Counted from the stretch's first letter, positions 27,620 through 38,061 are shown. The stretch is 64,000 nt of DNA from a candidate division FCPU426 bacterium (GCA_963796105.1 CAWCKJ010000003.1:384001-448000), one strand, 5' to 3'. Notes: generated from the letters alone by a model not told the origin. A program made the numbers and translations.

Positions 27620-30600
27620 TTAAACCAACATATCCACCAAAGAAGTTCGCAGGGACATAGGCGCTAAAACATCAATATTTTCAAGCGTTTCAGAGGATTG
27701 GAGCGCCAAATCGGACAAATAACCCTTGTTAGAAGGGCCAAAACCTTCCCTCTGATATTGGAAATATTGGGCCAAAAGGTTCGTGGACCCGCCTTGAACA
27801 TGGACTTGGAGCTGGTCAATCTGGAGGCCCGATTGGCTTAAGGCGGCCTTTAAATCGACCAAGTTATGCTGAAGGGCTTCCTTGACATCAGGATTGGACA
27901 CTGTAATCCTGGCTGATACAGCCTGATCCACCAGTGAAACCTGCACGGTAACCCGGCCTAAGTTGGCGGGGACCAATTGGAAGTTGAGCGAAGTTACCAT
28001 TTTTGCATCTGCGGCGTGAGCCGTGATTTGATCCGTAACTTGCCGGAATAACGTCACATTATCCAAAGTATTATTCTGCTGATTCAAAACCGCGTTATTC
28101 CCGGCAGACAAGATAACTTTATCAGCATCTCCATTATCCCCGGACGTTTTTAGGTTTGGATTGGTTAAGTCCTTATTCCCGGAGCCGGTCAACACGGAAT
28201 TGCTTGAAATCAATTCGTTCATTTGCGAGGAATTTCCTGTGTTGGCAACTGCGATTACAGCCTGAGGCGTCAACGGTTGGACCACCGATGTAGTTTCGAC
28301 ATTCAAGTTGCCCAGAGAAGTATTGTCAGTAGATTTCAGCAGGTTCTGAGTTGTAACCTGAGTTTTGCTCGCGTTCAACGTTGACATTGAACCAGTCAAG
28401 TTTTGAGCGTTTGTAACCTGGGGTGCTAAGGAAGCGGGATTAAATGTTTGATCAACAGCTTTCCTAGCGCCGGGATTACTCTGATTTTCAAGTGAATAAG
28501 CGGGATCATTGTTGGTAAGATTTTTCGAATTTCCAGGAGAATGATTGCCCATGGAAACTGATAAATTTATTCCCGGAGATAAACTTTGCTGAGAGGCATT
28601 CGTGTTTTGCAGATCCAGGCTTGAAGCAATCAAGTTTTGTGCGGTGATATCAGAAATACTGTCACTTAAAGGATTTTCTGGAATCGAAGGGTTCGAATTA
28701 TTCATTGATATTCCCTGATTCGAGGAACTATTTAGAATTATCGAAACTGGTTGAGCAGTCGATGGATTTGATTGCTTTTGTCCATTATTTTCTAAAATTG
28801 TTTGATTTTGTTCTTTAGGCTCAGATAGCAAAAGTTGATTTTCATCTTTTTGGCCGTTCAAAGAAGCAATCGGGATTTGCCGTTGTGAAGTCTGAAGCGC
28901 ATCTTTCGGAATCACTGAGACTTCGGCAAAAATTGCGGTTTCGCTAAGCACTTTTGAATTTTGTGAGTTGGGCGATCCAACTTCAATATTAGGAATAATC
29001 AAGCCTGTGCTTGTCGTCAACCTTGACCGTTTGTCGCCGCCATCAATGGTTAGACCACTCTGGCCAGAAGTTTGATCATTTTGGCTCTTCACATCCGGTG
29101 TCCTTGTTACCGGCTTCGTAGGTTGCACATCAGCTAATATGTCGATTGGGGCGGAAATAACATTTGAAATTTCAGGATCGGAGATTACAGCATTCTGTTG
29201 TTGAACCGAGTTATTTATTGTTCCCACATTATTTTGCTCGTTTCCATTGTTGGGCGCAGAATTCGTTCCTGCCGGAGTAAAATTCCGGAATTGAGAAGAG
29301 TTATTAATCTTAATTGAATTTCCAACTGCTTCGCTAAAATTCAACAAATTCCTCTGGGCCAGCAAATTATTGATTTGGTTTATCTCATGCGTGTCCCACG
29401 AACCTAAAGCCTCGAAATGGCTCGGAAAACCCTTTTGATTCAAGGTTGAATTTTGCGATGCCAAGAGCGCTTCAGCATTCAAATTGTTATTTATGGTTGG
29501 AGTTTTTCCATCTTCGATCGGCAGTACAAGATTATTAACCTGAGAAGAGACATTATTCTTAGAAGAAATTTGGCTCAAGATTGTTCCCAATTGAATATCT
29601 TGATTCTCCCGCAAAATGCTAGTCGTTTGATTTGTGGGCAAAGGACCGTCATCGGTTTTGCCCGCAGGGATTGAAAGGTATTCATCAGGAGTTTGATGAC
29701 TGGGAGCAGCTAGCAATTTTGAATCCGGCGAATTATTTTTGTTGCCATTTTGCGAGGTGTTTAAAACCACCTGATTCGCGCCAACTTTAGTAAGTAATTG
29801 AACTAAATTTTTTAAGTTTTGGACGTCATTTGAATTAGAAGTGCCGGCTTGAACAGGTTCTTGGATTACAGTTATCGGCTGGTATTGAGTTCCATTTGCG
29901 CCCAATTCCGATAAGGTTTTCAAAACAGCATTTACCTTTTCTTGAGAAATGGTTCCATTAGTGTCCAAAGGAACTCCCGGACGGGGAGTGAATAAAAAGG
30001 GCTCTTGAATTCCATTTGTCAGGCTTTGGTTTACTTGTTGACCCGAATCAACACTGGCGGCAAAATCAGAAATAGTTTGATTCGTTTCGGATGTTGCACT
30101 ATTGAAATTCAAGTCCTGGTTTGGCTGATTTAACAGAGTTAGCAATTGCGTGTTTTGAGACAAGATTTGCTGTAAAAGATTCCAAGCGTTGTTTTGGATC
30201 CCTGTAGAGGTCTGTATTCCAGGATTAGTTTTATCTGTCAGTTCAGCGTTTTTCAAATCGCTTAAAATTTCAGCGGCATCCGCTGAACTTATTTTTCCTC
30301 CCCCAAGCGATGCAAGAAGGTTTTGAGCTTGGGCCGGATCATTTTGAGCGAGATTTAAAAGACGGCTAATAAATTCTTTTAAATCAGGCATCTGCTGAAC
30401 CGAAGGTATTAATACAGAAGCATTGCCGTTTATTATAGCGTTCCCATGATTATCTTGAATTAAGCCCGAATCGTTTGATTTTGAATTCTTATTGAATACA
30501 GCACTGTTGTTATCATTTGAATTACCATTACCAGATGTAAATACCTTGCCCATAACGTCATCAAAAGAGTTACCCTGCGAATTGCCACCCCTAGGAGACA

Positions 30601-30679
30601 CAATAGAACTCTTCAAGAAAGCCGAGCTCTCACTAGGTGCAGCTTGAAATAAACTTAAAAGTTCACTGACGTTTTTCAA
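27620..30679 (-). CDS. fliK: Hook-length control protein (very long, 1019 aa)
   Basis: C-terminal T3S4 domain LNFQLVPANLGRVTVQV...VKEALQHNLVDLKAALSQSGLQID; low-complexity N-terminus; directly upstream of flgD. Confidence 0.87.
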   Translation of the reverse strand: MKNVSELLSLFQAAPSESSAFLKSSIVSPRGGNSQGNSFDDVMGKVFTSGNGNSNDNNSAVFNKNSKSNDSGLIQDNHGNAIINGNASVLIPSVQQMPDLKEFISRLLNLAQNDPAQAQNLLASLGGGKISSADAAEILSDLKNAELTDKTNPGIQTSTGIQNNAWNLLQQILSQNTQLLTLLNQPNQDLNFNSATSETNQTISDFAASVDSGQQVNQSLTNGIQEPFLFTPRPGVPLDTNGTISQEKVNAVLKTLSELGANGTQYQPITVIQEPVQAGTSNSNDVQNLKNLVQLLTKVGANQVVLNTSQNGNKNNSPDSKLLAAPSHQTPDEYLSIPAGKTDDGPLPTNQTTSILRENQDIQLGTILSQISSKNNVSSQVNNLVLPIEDGKTPTINNNLNAEALLASQNSTLNQKGFPSHFEALGSWDTHEINQINNLLAQRNLLNFSEAVGNSIKINNSSQFRNFTPAGTNSAPNNGNEQNNVGTINNSVQQQNAVISDPEISNVISAPIDILADVQPTKPVTRTPDVKSQNDQTSGQSGLTIDGGDKRSRLTTSTGLIIPNIEVGSPNSQNSKVLSETAIFAEVSVIPKDALQTSQRQIPIASLNGQKDENQLLLSEPKEQNQTILENNGQKQSNPSTAQPVSIILNSSSNQGISMNNSNPSIPENPLSDSISDITAQNLIASSLDLQNTNASQQSLSPGINLSVSMGNHSPGNSKNLTNNDPAYSLENQSNPGARKAVDQTFNPASLAPQVTNAQNLTGSMSTLNASKTQVTTQNLLKSTDNTSLGNLNVETTSVVQPLTPQAVIAVANTGNSSQMNELISSNSVLTGSGNKDLTNPNLKTSGDNGDADKVILSAGNNAVLNQQNNTLDNVTLFRQVTDQITAHAADAKMVTSLNFQLVPANLGRVTVQVSLVDQAVSARITVSNPDVKEALQHNLVDLKAALSQSGLQIDQLQVHVQGGSTNLLAQYFQYQREGFGPSNKGYLSDLALQSSETLENIDVLAPMSLRTSLVDMLV

Positions 30680-30689
30680 TCATTTCACC

Positions 30690-33287
30690 TCAAGTTGATT
30701 TAGGCTGGAAAATACTGGTCGACGTAGACCCACCAACCACATTCACCAAATCGGAATACATTTGATCGATCACCTGAAGAACTTGCAGTAAGGCGTTGTA
30801 AGTAATTAAAGATTGCATTGCCTGTTGTTCAATATTCGCGATGGGCACTCCCGGGGTTGATGTGGTGGAAGTTGAACCACTTGTAGTACCAGTCGAAACA
30901 CCCGCGATATTGGCCTGGGCGTCATTCAATTGTGTTAGGGAATCTGAAGCCTGATTAGTAAGTAATTCCTGATTTGAAACATCTCCTCCAATTTGAGTCA
31001 ATAATCCGGCAGCAATATTCCCTACAGAAGTAAGATTACCGTTTAAACCAGTGAAATCGGTAAAATTTCCGGAATTATCGAGGATTGTTATAGGTTGAGG
31101 GGTATGGTCGAACAGAGTCAACGTCTGGGTTCCAGTATTAAAACTGGCAGTAATGGCGTTACCCGTAGCCGTTGCGATCTCCTGAGCGATCGCAGATAGG
31201 GACATCGTATCAGTCCAAAGTATTTGGTAAGTTTGATTATTCCCCGCCGTAATGGTAAAAGTTCCACTTGTTCCTGGAATAACACGGTAAGCCTCGGCAT
31301 TGGGACCTGTGTTGAAATTAGTGGCGATACCAATTGAATCCAAAGCGGTTGAAGCCGGGAAAGTTGCATCAACATAGTCGATCTTAGGCTCCGAACCGGC
31401 AAAACTATTATTCATCCGGATGGAGCTGGACAGGACATTGGACAGGTTACTCCAATTCGAAACACCACCTATGAAATTCCCGGAGACATTAACCAGGCTT
31501 ATGGGATTGTTGGAAAAAATGAAAAACTGCCGAGCAGTGGCGTTATAAACAGCGTTGACGTTAGGGTCTGCCGCGTTGATTTTTGCGAGGATGCTGTCTA
31601 TTGAGTCCGCGAGAGTATAAGTTACCAATTGTTGATTAACGGTAAACGACCCGGCGACGGGCGGCGTGGAAAAAATTAATGTCCCGATGGGTTGGGTAGG
31701 ATCAAGAATAGCTCCAGCAATTGCCGGTTGGCTTTCCATGAGGTTGTTTCCCAAAAGATTCGGAAGATTGCCAAGGAATTTGGCGATAGTCCCATCGGCG
31801 GTATCGTTAGGATTAATTGCGGCAGCTAACAATTCATTATTGGAAATTAATCCGCCATTAACGCTTATATTACCGGCGCCAAAACCAGTGAAAAATGCAG
31901 TACCGGTGGTAGTTCCATTAGCCGCATAACCTGCTTCATGAAGAGTATTGGTAACATTAATTACCGATGTGGCAATTTGGTCCACTTGGTCTTTATAGGA
32001 TTCTAAAACGACATTCGATGATTGAAGTTCCCCAGCAAGATTCCCCCCCGTGATCAAAGAACTTATGTCATTGTCAACTATCGCGGAGGGCGAAAAAGTA
32101 ACTGTATTAGCCCCGGGATCAATTTGAGACCAACTTAGAAAGTTATCTCCACCAATTTCCGTGATGACAAGCGGATTGGGTCCTGTGCCATTAATCATAA
32201 TTTGTTGCGCAACAGGGTTAAAAGTTGCAGTAACGTTTTGTATAGCGTCAATTTGAGCAATGATAGAATTAATTGAATCAACCGCGGGATTATAGGCAAC
32301 GACCGTTCCATTAATAGTAAAGGAACCGCCTGTAGGAGCCACAGTAAACAACCCGGCTTGGCTGGCTAGGGTTGCCGCCGCATTGATCTTATTCGGTGCT
32401 GGCAGTAAAGGATTATTAATCGGGCCCCCACCCGCGGCGGTGACCCAAGTCGTAAGCGATCCATAAGGTGTCCCATTAGCCAAAGTAAGCGTCACAGAAA
32501 CCAAATTCGGGTTATGCTGGTTATCAATGGAAGTTTGCAAAGTCGTAGCGCCCCCGGAATCAAGCAAGGCAACCCCGCCCAAATACACACTGACGGTTCC
32601 GTTGTTCCCAATAACAACCTGATTATTAATTAACATCGAGAGTAGGTCTAATGCGTAATCGCGGGCATCTAGAAGACTGTTTTGATTGGAGCCTTGTGTA
32701 GTGTTCAGCTGTTGATTAATCGAGGACAATTGTTGAAGTAGTTGATTGATTTGAGTCACCGTTGAATTAATCTGACCATTTATATTCAATTGATCGTTCT
32801 GCAAAGCCTCATATTGGGAATTTGCCAACTGAGCAAAAGTTACGCCATCATCAATAACATCGGTTCGCAAACCGTTATTTAATGGATTCGCGGATAAATT
32901 CGTCCAATCTTGAGCGAAAGTTGACAACGCCCCGCTTAAGGTTGCGTTCCCATTGACGATGCTATTAATATTAGCGAGCGTCTGGTTTAAAATTTCGGCC
33001 TTGCCCAAAACCGAACTTTCCTGCTGAATTTGTTGGTCCAAATATAAGTTTCTTAATCGTGTAATGCTTTCCACGTAAGGACCGCTTCCAACATATTGAA
33101 TTCCAGTGCCTGAATAAAATGGCGTTGATATTCCATCGCTTACATTAACTCGTTCAAGACTATTCATCAAATAACCTTGCGAGTCTAAAGATGGCTGTGC
33201 CAAATTAGAGGCCGTAACATCTTGTTCCAATTGTTGGAGAAGCAAAGCGCTTGTTATCGTATTAAGACTTTGAAAACTATTAATCAT
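30690..33287 (-). CDS. flgK: Divergent hook-associated protein 1 with repeated insertion domains
   Basis: VESITRLRNLYLDQQ, LLDARDYALDLLS, ITGGNLAGEL, INVTNTLHEAGY; directly downstream of flgN. Confidence 0.8.
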   Translation of the reverse strand: MINSFQSLNTITSALLLQQLEQDVTASNLAQPSLDSQGYLMNSLERVNVSDGISTPFYSGTGIQYVGSGPYVESITRLRNLYLDQQIQQESSVLGKAEILNQTLANINSIVNGNATLSGALSTFAQDWTNLSANPLNNGLRTDVIDDGVTFAQLANSQYEALQNDQLNINGQINSTVTQINQLLQQLSSINQQLNTTQGSNQNSLLDARDYALDLLSMLINNQVVIGNNGTVSVYLGGVALLDSGGATTLQTSIDNQHNPNLVSVTLTLANGTPYGSLTTWVTAAGGGPINNPLLPAPNKINAAATLASQAGLFTVAPTGGSFTINGTVVAYNPAVDSINSIIAQIDAIQNVTATFNPVAQQIMINGTGPNPLVITEIGGDNFLSWSQIDPGANTVTFSPSAIVDNDISSLITGGNLAGELQSSNVVLESYKDQVDQIATSVINVTNTLHEAGYAANGTTTGTAFFTGFGAGNISVNGGLISNNELLAAAINPNDTADGTIAKFLGNLPNLLGNNLMESQPAIAGAILDPTQPIGTLIFSTPPVAGSFTVNQQLVTYTLADSIDSILAKINAADPNVNAVYNATARQFFIFSNNPISLVNVSGNFIGGVSNWSNLSNVLSSSIRMNNSFAGSEPKIDYVDATFPASTALDSIGIATNFNTGPNAEAYRVIPGTSGTFTITAGNNQTYQILWTDTMSLSAIAQEIATATGNAITASFNTGTQTLTLFDHTPQPITILDNSGNFTDFTGLNGNLTSVGNIAAGLLTQIGGDVSNQELLTNQASDSLTQLNDAQANIAGVSTGTTSGSTSTTSTPGVPIANIEQQAMQSLITYNALLQVLQVIDQMYSDLVNVVGGSTSTSIFQPKST

Positions 33288-33296
33288 TTTTTCTCC

Positions 33297-33782
33297 CTAA
33301 ACCGTACGATTCACAAAAGAGCGTCTATTCATTTCCGGATCGTGTCCTGGATAAAAAGATTTCTTTACTCCGCCGTCTGCAACTATTTTCAAAGTAAAAT
33401 TTACATAAGAAAGAGCATTGTTTAATAACTTTTCGTTCCGCTGATTAAATTCTTCGAGTTTTTTGGCAGCCTGAGTTAACTCCAATAAGGATTTTTTTAA
33501 TTCCTCAACAACCTCCAAGGGGCATCTCACTATTAATTCCGTTAGTGAAACTTTCTGAAGCTTGTAAATTTGAGCTAGTTTTTTCAACACATCATTCCTT
33601 CGTCCTGAAAGCGGGCCAAGAGCAAACACTTCTTTCTCTTCCAGCCTCACGTTATCAGGAAGAGTTTCAACTTTTCCAGACATCAATAGCTCCCTTTGCA
33701 AACCAGCAAGATGTAATAAACTTCTGTAATGTTCAGTTTCTTTTTTCAAACAATCAATTAAAGTTTGAAATAATTCATTCAT
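33297..33782 (-). CDS. flgN: FlgN export chaperone
   Basis: Helical protein with NQRNEKLLNNALSYVNFTL between flgM and flgK. Confidence 0.85.
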   Translation of the reverse strand: MNELFQTLIDCLKKETEHYRSLLHLAGLQRELLMSGKVETLPDNVRLEEKEVFALGPLSGRRNDVLKKLAQIYKLQKVSLTELIVRCPLEVVEELKKSLLELTQAAKKLEEFNQRNEKLLNNALSYVNFTLKIVADGGVKKSFYPGHDPEMNRRSFVNRTV

Positions 33783-33790
33783 TCTTAGGC

Positions 33791-34075
33791 CTAGAGATCG
33801 ATAATTTTCATATCAATGAGACGGGCCGCAAGCTTGTTTGCATCAATTGCAAATTTCCCCGTTTGGACTAATTGTGACAATTGTTCCACCTTCGCGTTTT
33901 GTGCCGCTTCCTGTTTTAATACTTCTCTATGAATCGACTGGAAAACTTCTGCAAACGAACTAAATGAAACAGATGATGACTGAGAATTTGAAGGCTCAGG
34001 TAGGATACTTTTTGATTTATCCGATTTAAAAGTTTGGAGAACAGCAGGAATACTTTGAAAGCCATCGATCCTCAT
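33791..34075 (-). CDS. flgM: Anti-sigma28 factor
   Basis: SVSFSS...AKVEQLSQLVQTGKFAIDANKLAARL; AGGAG SD. Confidence 0.85.
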   Translation of the reverse strand: MRIDGFQSIPAVLQTFKSDKSKSILPEPSNSQSSSVSFSSFAEVFQSIHREVLKQEAAQNAKVEQLSQLVQTGKFAIDANKLAARLIDMKIIDL

Positions 34076-34104
34076 AGGCAACTCCTTATGTTTTCTTAAG
34101 TTAC

Positions 34105-34131
34105 CTAACGGGTTTTAATTCAAAAACTTTA
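34105..34131 (-). promoter_or_regulatory. Sigma28 (FliA)-like promoter of flgM-flgN-flgK
   Basis: TAAA-N15-CCCGTTAG. Confidence 0.7.
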
Positions 34132-34381
34132 GTAAATTAATTAAATATTGAATTTTTATTATTTTTTAGGTTGAATTTTAAAAGATTTTAAAATCAATAA
34201 ATATAACTCGACAAATATATTGACTCATCAATTTTTGGTTTCTTATTTTTGGGGGAATTGTTCAATAAAATCAAATTTGATATCAGCTAAACGAGGAATT
34301 GTTATTTACGTTATCTAATTAATCAAAAAACTATGTCTTTATAGGGGTTATAACGATAAAACTTATGAATCAAGATATAAA

Positions 34382-34810
34382 TCAATTTGAATGAATGTTT
34401 TTATATCTCTTTGGTTTTGTAACCTTTTGATTAATAAAATTTTCGTCTTTTAAAGTTTTTTGATTTTTAAATTTGTCTATATCATTTTTCAGTTCTTCCG
34501 AAAGGGTTTTTATGCATTTCTCGCACATCTTTCCTTGGGAAATGGGAATTCCACAGCTTTCACAGTACAACCCTGTATCAACCTTTACAAGCCTAAGACG
34601 ATTTTCACGAACATATCTAAATATTTCTTTTATATCAATACCTGTTTCCTGAGAAATTTCTTGTGCGGTTGCACTTGGGCGGGTCGACAAAAAATGGAAA
34701 ATTTTCGTGTAATTGTTTTCTTCTTCTTTAATACAAATAAGACAAATATCCCTTCCGCCAGGAACTTGATTAAATACTTTGCCACATTTTGTACAATTTG
34801 CCCAACTCAT
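34382..34810 (-). CDS. yvyF: Flagellar operon protein YvyF (TIGR03826-like)
   Basis: NCTKCGKVF...ICLIC, HTH, CESCGIPISQGKMCEKC. Confidence 0.88.
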   Translation of the reverse strand: MSWANCTKCGKVFNQVPGGRDICLICIKEEENNYTKIFHFLSTRPSATAQEISQETGIDIKEIFRYVRENRLRLVKVDTGLYCESCGIPISQGKMCEKCIKTLSEELKNDIDKFKNQKTLKDENFINQKVTKPKRYKNIHSN

Positions 34811-35292
34811 GAAAAGATTTTCTGATGGATTTCAGTTGCTCCCTTTAATCTTTCATAAAGCATATGACTAATACCAATACCACCAACGGAGGCCAACTGG
34901 GTACTTAGTTGTTCATCATGCATAGACTCAAAAAAACCATACGCCTGCGAATTCCCCAATAAACCGGATTTTTGTACGGAATTTCTCATTTCTTTTAAGA
35001 GCATTTGAAGGAATAACGACTCAAAATCTTTTGAAACCTTTTGAATTTCAGAATCGGAATGGAGATGAACCCCAGATACTGGATTTATGTGGTTCAATGG
35101 ACTTAAAGATTGGGTCGAAGGGCTAGAAGGCAAATGAGAAATATAAGTATTGTTAATAATAGCATCCCCAGCCATTTGTGAAGTTATATTTGATTTTGAA
35201 GTTTGATTCGGTTGAAGTGAATTTCGATAATTAAAATCGGTTCTGTTTTGAAGGGGTAACAAGGGTTCTATGGGTTGAGAATATAAATTCAT
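34807..35292 (-). CDS. flgJ: FlgJ rod-binding domain protein (no muramidase domain)
   Basis: VSKDFESLFLQMLLKEMRNSV...GGIGISHMLYERL. Confidence 0.85.
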   Translation of the reverse strand: MNLYSQPIEPLLPLQNRTDFNYRNSLQPNQTSKSNITSQMAGDAIINNTYISHLPSSPSTQSLSPLNHINPVSGVHLHSDSEIQKVSKDFESLFLQMLLKEMRNSVQKSGLLGNSQAYGFFESMHDEQLSTQLASVGGIGISHMLYERLKGATEIHQKIFS

Positions 35293-35310
35293 GTAATCAA
35301 TCTCCGAATA

Positions 35311-36432
35311 TTATATGATTTCAAGCTCCGCATGTAAGGCGCCAGCTGCTTTAATGGCTTGAAGAATTGAAATCAAATCCCTTGGGGTAGCTCCTACAGC
35401 GTTAATCGCCGAAACCACATCAATTAAAGATGCGCCCTCAGGCAAAACAATTAAATTGCCCTGTTTACCAGTATCCTCAGCGCTTAATGTAGTTGTGTGA
35501 GTTAATTCATCATGACCAAAAACAGCGTCATGGGAAATTTGTGTGGTCTTTTTAACTACTAAATGTAAATTTCCATGAGCAATTGCAACCGCTTCAATCC
35601 GAACATCTTGCCCTAGTACTACTGTTCCTGTACGCTCATTAACAACAACACGGTTTTCAGAAGAATCAGTCAAAACAGGGGTGTCTTCAACCGCTGCTAT
35701 GAAATCAACGACATTATCTTTGTAATTGTTCGGGATTTTCACTTCAATTTGTCCGCCATCAGTTGCCTTTGCAACTTGTTCTCCAAATTGCTGGTTTATA
35801 GCTTGCGTGGCTAAAGAAGCCTGCCCGAAATCAGGATGATTTAATAATATTGCGATTGTGTCATTATCAATAAAAGTGGAAGGAACTTCTCGCTCCACCA
35901 AAGCACCATTTGGAACTCTCCCAGTTGATGTACTATCAACTTGAACCAATGGAAATTCACCAGTGTTGTCAGAAAATCCACCAACCGCAAGCGGACCTTG
36001 AGCAACAGCATAAACCTGTCCATCAGGCCCTTGTAGAGGGGTCATCAAAAGAACACCCCCTTGCAAACTTCTAGCGTCCCCTACTGAAGAAACGATAACA
36101 TCAATTTTATCTCCTGATTTTAACAATGGGGACAATTGTGCAGTCGCCATAATAGCAGCAACATTTTGAGTTCTAATTTGATCCGGACCAATTTTAATTC
36201 CAAATTGATACAACATATTGGTAATGCTTTGTAACGTTGATACGACTCTCTGCGTATCACCAGTTCTTTGTAATCCAACAACCAGACCATATCCAATCAG
36301 CTGATTTTCGCGAACTCCCTTTACCTTCCCAATAGTTTTCAATCTCACCTGAGCGGCATTTAATGGCAAAAATATAAAGCATAATAAAAATACGCTTAAT
36401 ACAAACTTTATCCAATTTAATGATTTGTTCAT
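35311..36432 (-). CDS. flgI: P-ring protein
   Basis: GVRENQLIGYGLVVGL, SLQGGVLLMTPL, ILQAIKAAGALHAELEII. Confidence 0.96.
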   Translation of the reverse strand: MNKSLNWIKFVLSVFLLCFIFLPLNAAQVRLKTIGKVKGVRENQLIGYGLVVGLQRTGDTQRVVSTLQSITNMLYQFGIKIGPDQIRTQNVAAIMATAQLSPLLKSGDKIDVIVSSVGDARSLQGGVLLMTPLQGPDGQVYAVAQGPLAVGGFSDNTGEFPLVQVDSTSTGRVPNGALVEREVPSTFIDNDTIAILLNHPDFGQASLATQAINQQFGEQVAKATDGGQIEVKIPNNYKDNVVDFIAAVEDTPVLTDSSENRVVVNERTGTVVLGQDVRIEAVAIAHGNLHLVVKKTTQISHDAVFGHDELTHTTTLSAEDTGKQGNLIVLPEGASLIDVVSAINAVGATPRDLISILQAIKAAGALHAELEII

Positions 36433-36452
36433 TCTCAGCTCCTCACTAAAAA

Positions 36453-37073
36453 CTAAAATAAACCAAGCCAACTCATTATCCTTGTCAAAATTCCAGGTTT
36501 CGCAGATTCCGATGCAGGCCCGGTGCCCGTTATTTTTATTTTCGCATTGGCGACCCTAGAAGATAAAACCATGTTATCACGAGTAATATCATCAGGCCGG
36601 ATTTCACCGGTAACTTCGATTGTTTGCTTATCGTCATTTACTTCGACATATCTATTTCCATCAATTAAATAGTTACCATTCGGAAGAACCGAAATAATTT
36701 TTGCAGTCATTTCACCCGTAATAGTTGTGCTTCTACTTGAAGTACCCTGTCCCTGATGAGCCGAACTGGCGCCGACTCCAATTTGATTATTTGTATTTAA
36801 AACATTTGCCCCGTATACGCCTGCACCCATATACCCTGTTCCAGCGCCTATAGCTAAACTGGAAGTTTTTTGGTTTTGACTACTAGCGGCCTGTGTTGCC
36901 TGTGTATCCTCTTGTATCATAACAGTTATTACATCGCCCACTCTTCTTGCTCTTTTTTCGTTATAAATTGAACTTGTTCCTTCTAAAGGGTAAAGAGAAT
37001 CTGCCATCAACTTTTGAATCAAAGGCATTATTAGAATCACTATAAAAAAGAAAATCACTTTACGCATGATCAA
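36453..37073 (-). CDS. flgH: L-ring protein
   Basis: KRARRVGDVITVMIQE, VLPNGNYLIDG, GEIRPDDI, PGILTR. Confidence 0.93.
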   Translation of the reverse strand: MIMRKVIFFFIVILIMPLIQKLMADSLYPLEGTSSIYNEKRARRVGDVITVMIQEDTQATQAASSQNQKTSSLAIGAGTGYMGAGVYGANVLNTNNQIGVGASSAHQGQGTSSRSTTITGEMTAKIISVLPNGNYLIDGNRYVEVNDDKQTIEVTGEIRPDDITRDNMVLSSRVANAKIKITGTGPASESAKPGILTRIMSWLGLF

Positions 37074-37086
37074 CCCCTATCCCGAA

Positions 37087-38061
37087 CTACTGTTTTTCAT
37101 CAATTAAAACAGTTTTTTCGTCTAAAACCTTCCCATGTAATACTTTACCAGAATCCGTATTTAATACCTGAATATTATCCCCCGCTTTTCCATCAAAAAG
37201 AGCTTTTGCTTGAATGCTTAATTCTATATTTCCCTTATGGACAATCGCCTGTATCAATTGGGCTCTTTTTATAACAGGTGGATCGTTTAGTTCACTAAGT
37301 CGAATTATTGAACCTATTGGCAATGAGTAAGCTGCTGTTCTTCCCAAAACATTTTCTGCTTTTTGTAAAAAACCCGGAAGAATTTTTGAACTTTGCATTC
37401 TAACCAATCCAACATTAGAAGCTTTAAATTTTTCCCCTTTTTCGACCATTTTTGTTGTTGTCACAACTGATCGGTATATTTCCGAATCGACTCGCAAAGG
37501 CAATACGCGCACAATGCGACCATCCACAGATAATTCAGTCGTTAGTAATACTGAACCCTCATACTTTCCTGAAAAAGAAGGACGAAAACTTGCAGTTACG
37601 TTGCCGGCCGGTAAAACTATTTTCTTGTTCCCGCCCAATACTTTTACTTCAACATTTGCCGGCTGGTCTTGAATTTGCTTCAAAATAAAATTTTTTATTC
37701 CAGGCAATAAACTTTGAGGTGAAAACTCTTGCCCTCGAGTCATTACTTGAACCAATTCAGGGCCCTGAAATGCAAAATCTTCAATATTACAACCTTCTCG
37801 CCGAAGAACAATCCTAACGTATCCCTTTGTTATCTTAATAACATTACCAGCCGGCGCAGTCCTTCCGATTTTAATTTTGCTTAACTTATCAATAACCGTT
37901 TTATTGTTTCCTATTAAGTCCGCGACATCACCTAAAGTAATATCAGGCCCAACTACATTCGTTTTTTCAACGAATTTAATTATTAATTGCCCATTTGCGG
38001 CCAGAAGCAAATTAGTAAAAGAAAAAAACACAAAAAACAAAACGGTTACTATTTTATTCAT
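37087..38061 (-). CDS. flgA: P-ring assembly chaperone
   Basis: ITLGDVA N-domain, SAF domain, ALFDGKAGDNIQVLNTDSGKVL. Confidence 0.9.
   Translation of the reverse strand: MNKIVTVLFFVFFSFTNLLLAANGQLIIKFVEKTNVVGPDITLGDVADLIGNNKTVIDKLSKIKIGRTAPAGNVIKITKGYVRIVLRREGCNIEDFAFQGPELVQVMTRGQEFSPQSLLPGIKNFILKQIQDQPANVEVKVLGGNKKIVLPAGNVTASFRPSFSGKYEGSVLLTTELSVDGRIVRVLPLRVDSEIYRSVVTTTKMVEKGEKFKASNVGLVRMQSSKILPGFLQKAENVLGRTAAYSLPIGSIIRLSELNDPPVIKRAQLIQAIVHKGNIELSIQAKALFDGKAGDNIQVLNTDSGKVLHGKVLDEKTVLIDEKQ

Noticed and set aside
34132..34381. c-di-GMP riboswitch in flagellar intergenic regions
   Set aside because: No GEMM-type consensus recognised; the region is simply AT-rich
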